From positions 1,860,001 to 1,924,000 of the forward strand of contig NC_043013.1 in NCBI RefSeq assembly GCF_006345805.1: a stretch of 64,000 nt of DNA, read 5' to 3'. Both the position numbers and the translations under genes were made by a program. Of the stretch, positions 11,994 to 27,024 are shown piece after piece. A model generated the notes under the pieces. The model did no database searches. It saw only the letters and a program-made list of their open reading frames with translations, and was not told where the DNA came from. Position 1 is the first letter of the stretch; every line of letters begins with the position of its first letter. The DNA comes from Octopus sinensis. Taxonomy: Eukaryota.

Positions 11994-12149
11994 TGTTGCT
12001 TTTTGTGAATTTATTTGTTTATTGATTGATTTTGTTATTTTGTTTCCCCGACCCCGACTTGACGATGTTGTAATTTAGAAAATAGACAAATGACAATATT
12101 AACATAGATATACGACAATATGTCGTTACTTACGCAAACATTTGCAATG

Positions 12150-12204
<55 letters not shown>

Positions 12205-12812
12205 ATATATATATATGCATATATATATATGTATATATATTTATGTTTTTTTTGCAGCAAATATGTATTTAAAAATTCCTCATATATTTAGTTATGGGCG
12301 AGTTAGGAAAACAATTGGACGACTAAATGTTATAAAATATTTAGTTTCGCCTCTTATGTACTGAATGAAATGAAATCTTGTCCGAATTGATAGAATAAGA
12401 ACTAGTTGTATAGTAGGTTCGATTCTATCAATGATACTTCCATTGGTGACTAATTGGATACTACATTGTGACTAAAATATGAAGACAACAATTATTTAAG
12501 ACTATTCCGAAGACATCTCCGATCGAAAATTATTGGTTGATTCTACGAACAGGACAGAATAAATGACATTTTGACTTGCAGAATATATTTTCAAGCAAAC
12601 ATTAGACATTAAAATGTTTTTTTTTAATAATCTATTTTAAACAAACGACAAAGACAGCAGACCTTATCACCAAAGAAAGTTTTTTACAAATTTTATTTGG
12701 TCATATTTTTTTCCCTTCAAAGAATTAGAATTTGACTGAGATATCTAATTTGTTTATATGAGAGACGAGTAACTACTTACGCATATATATACATACATAC
12801 ATAAATACATGC

Positions 12813-12892
<80 letters not shown>

Positions 12893-14151
12893 GGATTTAG
12901 CCATTTAAAAAATTTTTCTAATTTTTTATTTACAAATATACAAAATACCAAATGTAAATTTGTAGTGTTTTTCAACTGACAAACATCACGTCCATTTGTT
13001 ATAATTCCATGTTTCTGCTGTTATATTTCTTGTTAAATAACGAAACTTCAGTAATAAGTTTCCGCCTTAATATTCTGTACTCACAAACCAACACATTTTA
13101 AGACAAAACCTGTGATATTCATATTTAAAAACAAAAGAAACTTGTTTTCGCTTTAAATATTTTATATAAATTGCAACTTGTAAATTAAATTGTTAACATA
13201 AGATTAGAAACATAACCATTGAAATTATAACAGGCAACTAGAATCAATGATTTGCCAACAGTAATTTGAACTAATGCTGTAGAGTATAAAGTGAACTTGT
13301 AAGGTGGAAAACAGCAAGTTATATATATATATATATATATATATGGTCACCTAAGAATCCATAGGTCAGAGAAAATATGCGCTCATATATTTGTCAATAG
13401 AGTGGGTATATTAGTCAAATCAGAGTATACAATATTATAGATACATTTCAGTCGACTTTGCCAACCGGTTTCGCACTGGATATTAAATAACCGGATATTA
13501 CATAACAGCACAGTAAATAATACAACGCACTCTTCGGAGATGATAGATCTGGTTATCTAATACCCTGTGTAAAACAGATTGGTTAAGCATGATGAAATGC
13601 ACCTATAATACAATATACTTTGATATATAAATATATATATACACGGTTGCCAACAATACACTTTATATGCAAACAGCTACTGCTTCACAACCACTGGCTT
13701 TGGTAAAACCATCTCCGAGTTTTTATACATCGAGATGGAATCATTGAATTTCTTGCATAATCTGTGTTTTCCAAATATTTTTTATATTTTTTTATATAAG
13801 AATTACAATTGTCCCTCCCACCAAAAATATATATATAAAGAATAAAATAAAGAAAGACTGGTCGTTTAGATCGGTTTTTGTCGCTTACATATCAGACTCG
13901 GTAGCAATGATCTCCGTTTCTTGCTGATATTTCACTGCAAATGATCGATGTTGATTCTGGTGGAGAGCTCGAGATGTTTACCGTCACCGGCCACAACGTT
14001 GATTGGTGTTTACAGTAACATTTCGTATGTTCATGTCACGAGTACATACACACACGCCCACGCACATTTCATACACACACACACTTATATATTTACGTAA
14101 ACACGTACATAATAATACTCATACGTAGATATATACATAACACATATGCGC

Positions 14152-14203
<52 letters not shown>

Positions 14204-17200
14204 GCGTCTCGTTGCAAGAAAACAAAATGATTTTCTTGATAACCAACGGATAACCAACATCTTTTGCCTTAATCTTCGAAAGGAATTGATTTCTGAGAAG
14301 GACAAATTTAACATATCGATTGATCCTGTGAGCAATTGAGACGTGCAGTGATTATCTTCAGTTGAAGCCTTGCTTCAGTCATTTGTTTGTCATTCAAAAA
14401 CAAAGCCTTCGCCATAAACTTGTAAACATATTGTATTATCCACTGATCTCACTTTGTTTCATTCCAAGTATTAAGATGGCTGACATCGTTTTAGCGTGGA
14501 TCAATATTAAGATCCGGCTTTCATTCCTAGATATTTTCTGCTCAATTTATCGTGTATTGTTGACGTCGATGGATTGATTAGCAAGACACTTCCTTTTATG
14601 TCTGTGATTGAAATATCTCGTACGCAAACCCTTTATAATTTCCTTTTTGCTCCTGCCCCCGCTTAATTTTATAGTAATTTTCTCTTAAAAATTATGATCA
14701 CCCTTAAGTGTATAAGACCCCATTGTGTAGCGTTAAATTAACTTTCTATATAATTTACAATTAACTAATATCATTAAAGACCTTTAGATATGTTTTTAAA
14801 GATCTCAAGTTGCCAAAATATTGGGGGCAGCCCAAGCTCAACTGTTAGAGAAGTACTTAGGCTGCTCCCAACACTGGGTGAACTAACATCACCACCACAA
14901 TTCCTGCATTCTTTTAGAAAATGCATTATAATTCTATAACACCTAAATGAAATTTAGAAACTCGACAATAGGACATTTCTTTTTTTATATAGAAACAATG
15001 TTTTTATTTTGTTTTATTTTACAAAAAGACTTGTAAATTACTTAAAATATTCTATGAGAATATTTTGATTATTCTGTATGTTAATTGATGTAACGCCTTT
15101 TGTTTCAGTGTGAAAATCGCTCATTGTTTTCCTATGTTTTTATCAGAACTAAACTAACGCTTTTGTCTTTAGATTGATTGTGTTCCTCTTCCTTTGAGTG
15201 AAACACTTATGAGAAGAACAACTTGATATCTGGATTTGGATTGTTTCATATTTTAGCCTTCATTTCCGTAATTCTTCTCGAATAAAACAAACTGCTATAC
15301 AAAGAGATTAAAAGCAACTGGTTTCAAAGAGTGACTGGAGTTATAGAATCGTTAGAGCGTTGGCATTTCTTCCGAATGATTGCGTTCCGAGTTCAAATCC
15401 TCCCTGGGTCAACTTTGTCTCTCATCCTCCTGAGACGATAAAATAAAGAGCAAATTAAGTACTGGATGCGATTCAATAGGCTTTTCTTTTTCACGCCCTA
15501 GAAAAATATTCAGCCTCGTTTTAAATGTGCGAGAACCAAGGCTTTGGTTTGTATTTAATTCGCAGTTTTACTTCAGGGGTGTTACTGAAAACTTTGACAG
15601 AAAAATAAACATTCGAACTTCTTGTGTCCCTACAACATAGGACTTTTGAGTCTAATTTCTGCTTCAAATGCATGAATTTTTTTTTTTCAAGGATCGATAA
15701 ATTAAGTAAAAATTGGTTACTCTTGTTCCACCGTAAGAATGTAAGAAATAATTATTACTATTAAACGAGAAGTTATGTCAAAGAACAAACTGATCGAAAA
15801 ATTCAGTGTTCAAATCTCACTCAGGTTTTTATTGATGGTGATGAGTCACTGACTCTCTACCAATAAGATTTCTTAATCAAGTTAAGTTTTTTAGTGTTAA
15901 AATTTGTTTGTTTCTTTGGGAAAACTCATATATTCACTTTTATGACATCATTTTTTTCGTCCTTCTAATTCTTTAGTTTCATTTCTTTGTAAGATATGAG
16001 GGTGGGGTGGTTCTCGGAGCCGAAGCTACTAGAATACAGTCTAATTTCCCAGAAGAAACATCGTATTTAAAACTTGATTTGCTGGAAAGTTGTTAGATAA
16101 AGGTTAATTTATTGAATCAGAATTAAAGAACATCGTCATTCAAGAAAAGCCTTTGTAAAATTATTTTTTGTTTCCTAGAATTTGGGAAACGGATTAGAAT
16201 ATGGGTGCATAAGTTTAGCAAGCAGTGATAAGTTTAGTTAATGTAGCCTCTCGTCAAATCGCACGTCTGTTATGACGCCATATTGAATCGTTGTAGTCTA
16301 TGCATAACGAATTAGTGAACGAATTAAAGTGAGTAGCCAGAGCGAACCATATTTCGGAAAACTAGTTGTTACGTCATCGAAAATTTAGATAAACAAACAG
16401 ACAGACATAGAACTATAATTTTTAATTATATTCGTCATTGTTGCTGTTGTAGTGATTTATGTATTTTTAAATAACTCAGAATAAAACAGACTAGCATAAC
16501 ATGACAATGTTAACTCATGGTTGCAGTTAATGAAATCAAAGCTCCGTCCTCAACATTTTTCTTGAAGTTATAATTATCGGCTGTTGTTGAAATATTTTCG
16601 ATCAAATTATTTCGATCAAATTATTTCGATCAAATTTCGATTTAACCGTTCTATAAACCAAACGGTTCAAATTCATATTCTCGACACTATTTCGCTGATC
16701 TTTCGACAAACCACTTTTCGATATGCAAAGCGGTTTTTGCTCCATAACAATACTTCTAATCTTGTATGGCTGATATATAAATAAATACAAATTTCGTCGA
16801 AAATATCCAACCCAATCCGTTGTTCAGTTTGACATCACCACCTGGTTCTTGGATACCTTTAGCAGAGTCTACTCCGCTGCAAGTATTCGAATCAGGTCTC
16901 CGGTCAGAGGAGAACTCCTTTTCAACAGCTAAGGAGACTCTGGAGGAGGAGGAGGAGTATGGACACTGTCTTTGCTCCTTTTTAGAGAAAAATTATCTCT
17001 ACTTCAGAAATTGTCCCACGATGTCTCATTATTTCAGCTTGATGTTCGACACATGTTCTAAAGTCGCCTTTTTCTTGGTGCCACTGGTATTTAATGTAGT
17101 TAAATGTTTCTTAAATATTTCAATGTACGACTACTTTGTCCGCATCTGAACTATTTATGGCAAAGCAAACCAACATAGAGATGTCCATCTCTCTTCACAC

Positions 17201-18074
17201 GAACATTTAAACTCAGTTGCTAACTAACGAAAGACTGACGGTAAGCGTTGAAAACTCTACCTTCGCTTTCCCCATAATATTTATTTAACATCTTAATAAA
17301 CAAGACATCGAATGTCTTGTCTAGGAATACAATACAGCCTTTTTGGCGCAAGGCGGGTTTTTCGTCCAGTAACTTAACACCTTATTGACTCAACTGAGCA
17401 TAACATTAACACTGAAAGGCTGTGAACGTGAAAAATCTGTGATGACCATCTAAAGGTAACATCTTTCGTATTTTCTCAGAGGGAATTTGAATTAGAAATT
17501 GTAGAAGAGAATTGTTTCTCTCAACTGTGGAGAAAAAAAAATTAAATATTTCGAAACTTCAAGAAAAATGCCTTATCTGGAGGAATGCAATGAGCTAAAA
17601 CAATAACTTATTTGATGTTCAATAAATGATACAGGCGTCTGCCGAAGTAAAGCAAGAAATTATTTTTACTCCGGTGATTCCAGTTCGAGAATCTTGGCGG
17701 TGTGTATCCAATCTGTTATCAACAACTTCAGTTGTGAACAGTAAAACAACAAAACAGAAAGAAAAAAAAACTTTTCCGCAACTTTGAGCTGCTTTGAAAT
17801 TTTTTTCCGTTACTTTAACGAAAAATAAAAGATTAGTTAGTGAATATAATTTCGATATTTCTGCTTTTTTTTTTCTTATAAATGAAGGATATTGACAATT
17901 TACTAAAGCGCAAACCATAAATGAATGAGAGAGGAAAGAGTAATGTTGCACGGTGAGCGAGTCTTTTCTCTTGGTTATAATAACGCACGGAAAACTCGAA
18001 ATTAAAATCTGACCGGAAAACTTCGCTCATCACAAGGCTTACCGTTACTCTGGTTCTTTTTCCATAGAAATAGG

Positions 18075-18290
18075 AAAGCTAGCTTTCAAATTTTAGCACA
18101 AGGCCAGCAAATTCGGGGGAAGGATAATTCGTTTGAATCAATCTCAGTATTCTATTGGTACTTATTTTATCGACTCCGAAAGGCTGAAAAGTAAAGTCTA
18201 CCTGGGTGGAATTTGAACTCAGAACTTAAAGACAGAAGAAATGCCGCTAAGCAGTTAACCTGACGTGCTAACGATTTTTCAAGCTCGCAG
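18075..18290 (-). mobile_element. SINE family A
   Basis: Reverse complement of the family A body (ATCGACTCCGAAAGGCTGAAAAG...GGAATTTGAACTCAGAAC). Confidence 0.7.
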
Positions 18291-19309
18291 TTCTTTTTAT
18301 TTTTCTAAAACATTTTTTTGTATCTTCTTTTCAATTCGTAATCGCCAGAATTCTCATTTTAAAAGTTTCAGTTCTCCTCCAAATCCTAATATAACAATTT
18401 TATTCCATCTCATTTGTGTAAACTAATCATGACTTTCAATATTCTTTGTCTGTTTTCAAATAGATAAGCACAATAGCAAAAATATCTCCTTTTTTTTTAC
18501 GTCTTCCTTTGCTATATTGAATACGTGTGCTTATGTATGGAAAACAGAGAAAGTAGAAAGCGAAGGAGTGTTAAACATTTTCCTTGATCAATTATCAGGA
18601 AACGGTGTTCGGGAACTGATTTATCACGATGACTTTCAATCCTTGCTCAAAACTTATAATGTTTAAAATTATTGTATGATACGCTGTTAGTTTAAAAAAA
18701 AAGACCCAAACATTTAAAATATTTTATTCTTGTAAGTAATTTACTGCAAAAATAAAATAAAAAATAAGGTGTGGTGCATCTATATAATTTATTCTCTAAA
18801 TTTCCAATAGAAATACAAAAGTGACAACAAATTCATCTTATAAGGAAAGAGGAAATAATTTTCGGGAAGTGTCCTAGACTAAAACATCTCGATATAAACC
18901 ACTTGAGAGGAGAGTAATGACAGGAATATGCTGGAAATACTGGACTACTAATATTTATCCCATGCAGTGATGTCAGCATCTGCTATAGTTCTTGAAATGT
19001 TCCATTTCTTCCTCAACATTCTCTGATTTCTTTTGAAATGTACATATATATATAAAAAATGTATTAATATGAAGTATTAAAATATTTATTTTTGATATCT
19101 TATATTTGTCCGTATTCCAAATGCTGTTATTTAAATTTGAAGTCGAATTCATTTGAAGATGGCAAGTTTATTCTGCCTACCAAATTGGCAAAATCGTTTG
19201 AGAAACAAGTAAATCCGGAGAGAGCTTTAAGTCGGAAGAACTAATCGACTGGAATGAAGTATGACTTCTGCTTTCCTTTTGCGTAGAAATATGTTGATAT
19301 CAAGTCAGT

Positions 19310-19488
19310 TTAAAGCAGCAAAGATTTGCAAAAGAGAACATCGAACGCTTGATGAATGGTTGCTTTGACGACGAAGTCATCTTTATTCTTTTGGAGTAGC
19401 ATATACTCCATTGGCTTTGTGCCGAAATAAAACTTCGATTTCTCTTCGACATTCCGATCGCAGATGTCTGATTTCTTGACAAAAATTG
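19310..19488 (-). CDS. Candidate terminal exon of an unidentified gene
   Basis: Acceptor TTCAATAATTCAG then 59 codons to a stop: IFVKKSDICDRNVEEKSKFYFGTKPMEYMLLQKNKDDFVVKATIHQAFDVLFCKSLLL*. Protein-like, but no partner exon or family recognised. Confidence 0.3.
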
Positions 19489-21140
19489 CTGAATTATTGA
19501 AAATTCAATATGAAAGAATTGAATTTATCTGTAATATCTGTTGAAATTTGCTGAAATCATAGAGTCAAATGATTTATTATTGTAAATACTATTATTATTG
19601 TAGTAAATATCATTACTTGTTGTTGTGAATCTATTCCGTCCTCTTTATCTTTTTTAAGGCAGTTTACCAATGTCTTCGGTTTGTGTGACATGGGAAACCC
19701 TGAAAGTTGGTTCCAAGTTCACAAGCAGCTTAGTCTTTTGCTGTTTCGGAATTGCCAATTAGAAGATAAATCCAATAACATTAAACATACTTTTTTAAGC
19801 TAAAAGAAAAGAATTTCCTCTTCTTTCCTTTGTCTTCGAAGATTACTTTTACTGTAAATATTATTCTTAGGAAAGAATTGCTAAATAAACCCATTCATTG
19901 TTGAAGTACATTCTTTGTACGAAACATGTTCACTTCCTTTTCTATAGAAAATTACAAATATTAATAAACCAAATCAAATACTTTTTTATAATTAAAGGTA
20001 ATTCTAATTTATTACTGAAAATGTTATATAATTGCACCAACAAAAAATAGAATTGTAAAATTGGATACCAATAATAATAATAATGGAAATTTGTATTTCG
20101 ATTATTTTGCATTACAAATATTATAATTACATTTTTAAACATGTACAGTTTTTTTTTACATTTTTATGGAGAAATTTTTTAATGTTTGAAAACATGTACA
20201 TTTTTCATTTTTTTTTACAGTTTTATGAAAACTTGTACAGTTTCAATTTTTCAATTATTTTACCGTTTTTCTTTTTATCTATTTAACATGTCCATGGGCT
20301 GAGATGATTTATTCACAAGCGTTCATTGTTAAATTGTCAATGAAGCCAGTGGGAACCATTTATATTCAACTCAGTGAAGAAGAACAGTTTAACCTAAGCC
20401 ACGAATCTCATTAAATCAATCGCGAAAACCAAATCTTATTAAATTCATCATTAAATATTCGTAAATCATTTGTATGTGGCTAGTGAAAAGCTTCACTGTT
20501 TTTTTATGGAAACTTAATCGTATAAATATCCAGTGTCATTAGGTTTTATCCCTAATGTTTTCAAATTTTGCTTGAAGCAACTTGGGTATATATATATATA
20601 TCCCATTAAATTATTTTTTAAACATTGAATATCTATCATCCTATATTTTTGTCGATAGAACTAAGCATCCATTGATGCGCCCAATTTAGTTCTGTCACAT
20701 TTGCATTACACACGTGCGTGCGCGTGCGCGACCACACACACACATACATCCCCTCCCACTGTTTGTCTTATTTTAACATATGTCTTTCTGTCTCGTACAC
20801 CTATCCAGGTATGAGGTTAAATCCAATTATGGCTATCAAAAAATAATAACACCAATATTTCGTATCGCCAAAGATGGCTGTTAAGTCGTTCCCAGTTCGT
20901 GGGATCTTCTTGTTTTTTTCTTTCGAAGATTCATGAAATTTATGCAGCCTAAACTCTATTTAGTCTTATCTACTCAGAGTTTAGGGTTCATTCTATTTAT
21001 GAATAAAATAAGCAATTAGTACTATAAAGAATATTGTAATTTTAACATAAGTCAATAAGAAAAACTCTTTAAATACTGTTGCTTGCATCTATTTTCTGAA
21101 CTGGAATAGTAACTTTAAATGCATATACATACATACATAC

Positions 21141-21180
<40 letters not shown>

Positions 21181-22026
21181 ATATATATATATATACACAT
21201 GTATGTATTTATTGTTAGTTTTTGTATTTAAGTAACCTATAAAAAGTAGTTTACTTAATATATTTATCCCAACTTTCAATTCCGGCAATATTTCCGGTTT
21301 GTGACGAATTCCATTACAGAAGAGGTAAGCACTTGCGATCTCAGAATGAAACTACTTCATTACACTTAACTCGCTGTTACCTTTAGGAATGGCATGACCG
21401 TCACAAAATCCTGTTTTCTATATTGATATTTCGAATACTATTCCCAGTAATGAAGTATTAATATTAACATGTTTGCGAATATATGAAGCCATTTCAGTCA
21501 CTTTATATTCATAACTTTTAATCAAATGGAAAATATTAATTAACCAGAATATTATCATGTTTATTCAGATTATGTTCTAATTAATTTAAATTCCAATATC
21601 TTAAAGGAATTATATTTTAATGAGAGCGTTCTAATCTTGTGAACCATCTGATTAAATATTTTAATTAAAATGTCAACATTCTGAGTTCAAACCTAGTTGG
21701 GACGTATCGGGTCTTTTGTTTCGATATTGGTTGAATAGACGATATCCAGAGACTCGGTCAATTGCAACTGGAAATCCTGCCGGAAAGTTTAATGACGATT
21801 TGTTTCTGATAGAACTCCATGGAGGAAATTCCTGCGGACTTTATCCCGGCGACCCTGTCTAGAATTGAAGGCGGAGAAGACGAATAGATGGCTGGAATCG
21901 CTATATTTCCCAGTAATGTGTTTAATACTGATCAGCGGGAAAATATTGAGAAATACAAAAAATAACTCGCTTCAATTTGTGTAAACTATCAAAGTAGTAT
22001 TGCTGTAAAATATATTCTGTATAAAA

Positions 22027-22077
<51 letters not shown>

Positions 22078-22237
22078 ATATATAAACTTGAAATTTATTT
22101 GCAAATATGACTAAATGTTTGCTACTTTATACAGAATTAATTTTCTCGTTTTTTTCTGTGATGTATTGTATTTGTTTTTGTCATAAACTTTGTTACGCGG
22201 AAAGATATTTAGTCAAGTGGCTATTGTACTGAATAAA

Positions 22238-22311
<74 letters not shown>

Positions 22312-23324
22312 GTGAACATTGTGTTGTTTTCTTATTATAAAAAATTGGGTGCGACTAAGTTCTTGTTCGAGTTTCATACAAATGACCAGTAATTATAAAT
22401 TTTTCAGCCATGCTATCTTAAATTTCAGCCATCTTGTATCTATGAATATAATATTCAATGCAGTCATAGATATGACATTTCTGAACAGGTGGGAGTGTAA
22501 GTTGAGGGAAATTTGGCAGCTATTTCTAGCAGACAGAATGATTTATGATTACGTTTCATGCTAGCATATCGCTAGCGTAACACAAAAATATAAAACATTG
22601 TATGAAAACTATCAGCCGGTTCTTCGGTGGCTTTAATGGCGTGCATGCTGTTGCACGATCCGAACAAAGTCTCCGGTTTTCGAGTAACTTTTGTGTTGTA
22701 ATTTCATCTTCTTTCTTTCTCAGTCAGTTTCAGGGAGGAAGACGGAAACAAAATGGCCAGATCTGTAACTATTATTTTCTCCTTTGACCAAGGTATAAGA
22801 AATTAAGAAAAGGCTTATGCAAGAGTATCTGCGAAGACTTCCAGTGGATCTGAGGTCAAAACTGAATGGAAGAAATAAATCTTAAGCAATCAATGCATGG
22901 GTGATTGCCTTATTGAAGTATGGCGCTGGTATTAACAGTTGGAGGAAAGAAGGAAATTACAGAAGCTACACCGAAAATCGAGAAAACTTTTCACAATGCA
23001 CAGATCATTCCACTCCAAGTGCGATATTGTCAGGGATTGTCTAAACAAGATCAAGATCGGACGAGAGCTAACCAGCTGAGTAAATTGTATACGCTCAGAA
23101 GAAAATAACTGAAGGCACTATATCGGTATATCAAGAATGCCAAAGAACCCTTGCTGCTTCAGGTGAGAATATCTGGTATAGTCAGGACAGATACTTGCAT
23201 TGAAACAGAGGAATACAAAGAAAAGAAGAATAAGGAAGACGAAAAGAAAATGAAATGGAAAAAAGATGAACGGGAAATTTATGAGAGAGATGAGCAGGGC
23301 GAAAGATGCCGATGGAAGATGGCA

Positions 23325-23557
23325 GCGAGCTAGCAGAAACGTTAGCACGCCGGGCGAAATGCTTAGTGGTATTTCGTCTGCCGCTACGTTCTGAGTTCAA
23401 ATTCCGCCGAGGTCGACTTTGCCTTTCATCCTTTCGGGGTCGATTAAATAAGTACCAGTTACGCACTGGAGTCGATATAATCGACGTAATCCGTTTGTCT
23501 GTCCTTGTGTGTCACTTCTGTGTTTGGCCCCTTGTGGGTAGTAAAGAAATAGGTATT
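23325..23557 (+). mobile_element. SINE family A inserted in the R4/Dong element
   Basis: GAGCTAGCAGAAACGTTAGCACGCCGGGCG...GTTCTGAGTTCAAATTCC (B-box-like)...GCCTTTCATCCTTTCGGGGTCGAT...AAAGAAATAGGTATT; LINE coding sequence resumes on both sides. Confidence 0.9.
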
Positions 23558-23616
23558 GGCCAAGGAAGAGTGATTTGAAGCCAGACACACAAGCGTTTAT
23601 CTGTGCTGCGCAAGAA

Positions 23617-23716
23617 NNNNNNNNNNNNNNNNNNNNNNNNNNNNNNNNNNNNNNNNNNNNNNNNNNNNNNNNNNNNNNNNNNNNNNNNNNNNNNNNNNNN
23701 NNNNNNNNNNNNNNNN
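23617..23716. other. Assembly gap (100 N)
   Basis: Seen directly. Confidence 1.
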
Positions 23717-25922
23717 CAAGTACTGTTGACAAATTACATCAAATACAAAATTAATAATACAATAGAAAGTGACAAACGCAGGGTTTTCGGTGATTATGTT
23801 GAAACTGTATGGCATATTTTGGGGGAGTGCACGAAGTTGGCCCCAAAAAGAATACAAAAGAAGGCACAATAATGATTTACTGGGAGCCGTGTGGTAAGTG
23901 TGAGTCAGATATTGTAAAGGTGTTGTATTGGCCAAACCCGGAAGGAATAATCAACAATGACAAGGTAAAGATACTATTGAATGTAATGATCCAATGTAAT
24001 CATGAAATTTAAACATCAATAACCGGACATAGTGGTAGTGAATAAAGAAGAAAACAAACCTTTTAAGTCATAGATATTCCATGCCCTAGACAGAGTATCG
24101 GTAAAGGTAAAACTCGGTCAGAATAAATGGTTTGAAGTGGAAGATGGAAAGACTGTTGTCAATGAAAAAAGTGAATGTTGTAGCTCTTGTTTTCTTTTTA
24201 ACACCTGGAAACTATAAGTTGCAAGCTCACAAACTGGATCGAAAAGAGAGGGTAGATGTGAAGACAGAGCATCTACAGAAAGCAGTTGCTTGGAATTGCA
24301 CGAACCATCAGTAGAACATTTTGTGTTGCATGGAAATTTTCGAAATTTTGCCATGTAAGAATATTCTTATCAATACATTTGAAGAATTACGTATATGCAC
24401 ACAAGTTTAGAAGAACTTTCGGATCTTTTCAATTCTGAAGCCAGTTTTTTCAAATTTTTCCTACTGAACCAAACAATTTGAAACTTCGTATACTGGTAGA
24501 ATGTATCAAAAGTAAACTTAATTGTAAACCAGAATGAAAACGGAATTGTAACTTCTAAGTTTAACGTTGTTTAATAATTAGAATTTTAACCAATGATATT
24601 CCGTCATTCGGCTTTATTTTATTTACTCCGTCTCGACCACCAATTTCGTGACGTATTAAACATCTTAAATGTAAACAAGCGCATCCTTCTAATTATTTAA
24701 CGTACTCATGTTTCCAGGATCCTATAGTCAGCCACCTTCTAATAACAATATTTAAAACTAGTTAATAAGCCACATGTATTAAATTGAAAATGTTTCCATT
24801 CTGTTAGTACTTGCTTTCGTTTGCTATTAAGAAGTGGCATCTCAGTGACGAGGCTTCTAACAAGATTTCGTTTCTAAGCTAATGCGTTTCATTTCACTTA
24901 TTGTATTTATTTGTGCAAAAGGCAAGAAATTTAATATTAAAAAAGCAAAGAGCTGGCAGAAACGTTAGCACGCCGGGCGAAATGCGTAGCCGTATTTCGT
25001 CTGCCGTTACGTTCTGTGTTTGTTTACAGTTTTCAAACGAACGTTAGTACGTCACAAAAGCGCTTTCTACGTCACACTAATAGAATGCAGTCAAGTTTTA
25101 CACATGAAAACAAACAATTTGATTGGTTAAAATTCGCAGTTTTAATCTACGATTAAAGTCATAAAATAGATTTTTCTCAAATAAACTAGTTCCAACCTGT
25201 GTCTTGTTTTGCTAGACTCTATCAGCATACGAAGTTTCAGAATATTTAGTTAAGTAGAAAGATCTGTGGTCCTGGCTTCAGAATTGAAAAGATCCGAACT
25301 TTCTTATACTACCAACAGGCAAATCATTTTAGTTGGAGTATTATTGTTAGGAAATACGTAATATTTCTGATATTCAATATTTAACTCTGTATAAACTGTT
25401 AAACTAACCAGTTGAATTCCGTGGAATATTTTTCTTTTCTTTTTTTCAGAGTAATCTCTTTAGCCAAAGATACACAAAAGTGTTTCCATGTTAATTTGCC
25501 AAGATCCACTTGATATCCTCTATATTACTATATATATATAGATATATGATAATTATATCGGCCAAACAGGATGAAAATTAAGACATCACGTTAGCATACA
25601 TACGCGACAAATCAAAGATTCATCTCATAGAAATGTTCTATAAAATGAACATCTCGACATTTGTGCAGGTGATCTACTAGGGAATGCAAAGGAAGAATAC
25701 ATTATAAGAATTCTAAATCTACAACCAAAATGGGAATAGTGAACACTGATACTAAAATAATTTCGTCTATATCGATTACCCCATAACACGTGTGTTTGAA
25801 AAGCTGTAAACGGGGAAAGCGCTGAGACAATACCATTCTAAGTATTTTTAGATTTTTTATATCAATAATAATCTTTAATTTATTTAAGAAAATCTTTCTT
25901 CCTACACACACACACACACACG

Positions 25923-26011
<89 letters not shown>

Positions 26012-26029
26012 CATACATACACTCACATT

Positions 26030-26074
<45 letters not shown>

Positions 26075-26377
26075 GGAGAGGGAGAGAAAGAGGGCATATA
26101 TAACGAAGTACACAAGTGTGTATTGTATATTGCAGATGAGTATAAATATAGAAATCTGTGTGTGTAGAGAAAGACGGAGAAAGGGCCAGAGACAGAAATA
26201 TGCAGCTGTTCATGCAAACAAGCTTACATAAACACATCCGTCGTTACACACAAAGACATTCACATATATACACATACATATACATGCTCATGCAAACATA
26301 CACACACGCATACACATTACTAAATATATGAGTGTGTATAAAAGTATGTGTGTGTACATGCTTAGCTAAGCATATAT

Positions 26378-26992
26378 ACATACATACAAACGTACGTACA
26401 TACGTACATACATGCATACATACATACATACATACATACATACATACATACATACATACATACATACATACGTACGTACGTACGTACGTACGTACGTACA
26501 TACGTACATACATACATACGTACGTACGTACGTACATACATACATACATACATACATACATACGTTCGTACATACATACATACATACATACATACATACA
26601 TACATACATACATACATACATACATACATACATACATACTACATACATACATACATACATACATACATACATACATACATACATACATACATACATACAT
26701 ACATACATACATACATACATACATACATACATACATACATACATACATACATCATACATACATACATACATACATACATACATACATACATACATACATA
26801 CATACATACATACATACATACATACATACATACATACATACATACATACATACATACATACATACATACTACATACATACATACATACATACATCATACA
26901 TACATACATACATACATACATACATACATACATACATACATACATACATACATACATACATACATACATACATACATACATACATACATACA

Positions 26993-27024
<32 letters not shown>
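26378..27024. repeat. About 650-bp (CATA)n microsatellite with a (CGTA)n-variant sector at its left end
   Basis: Seen directly; source of the MYVC/HTYI ORFs. Confidence 0.97.

Larger units (their letters stand above)
22785..24330 (+). mobile_element. R4/Dong-clade non-LTR retrotransposon, 5'-truncated and decayed
   Basis: Frameshifted translation gives QEYLRRL...SKLNGRNK..AINAWVIALLKYGAG, RKLFTMHRSFH, SDLKPDTQAFICAAQE|QVLLTNY, a decayed CCHC-type knuckle (ETVWHILGEC...YKRRHN) and a PDIVV restriction-like endonuclease motif. It is interrupted by a SINE and an N gap. Confidence 0.85.

Noticed and set aside
16597-16640. Three copies of TTCGATCAAATTAT
   Set aside because: Short slippage-type minisatellite with no supporting context.
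16820-17149. 109-aa ORF with acidic run (ETLEEEEEYG)
   Set aside because: The GAG triplet repeat helps keep the frame open, no family is recognised and no phase-compatible partner exon was established; left uncalled.
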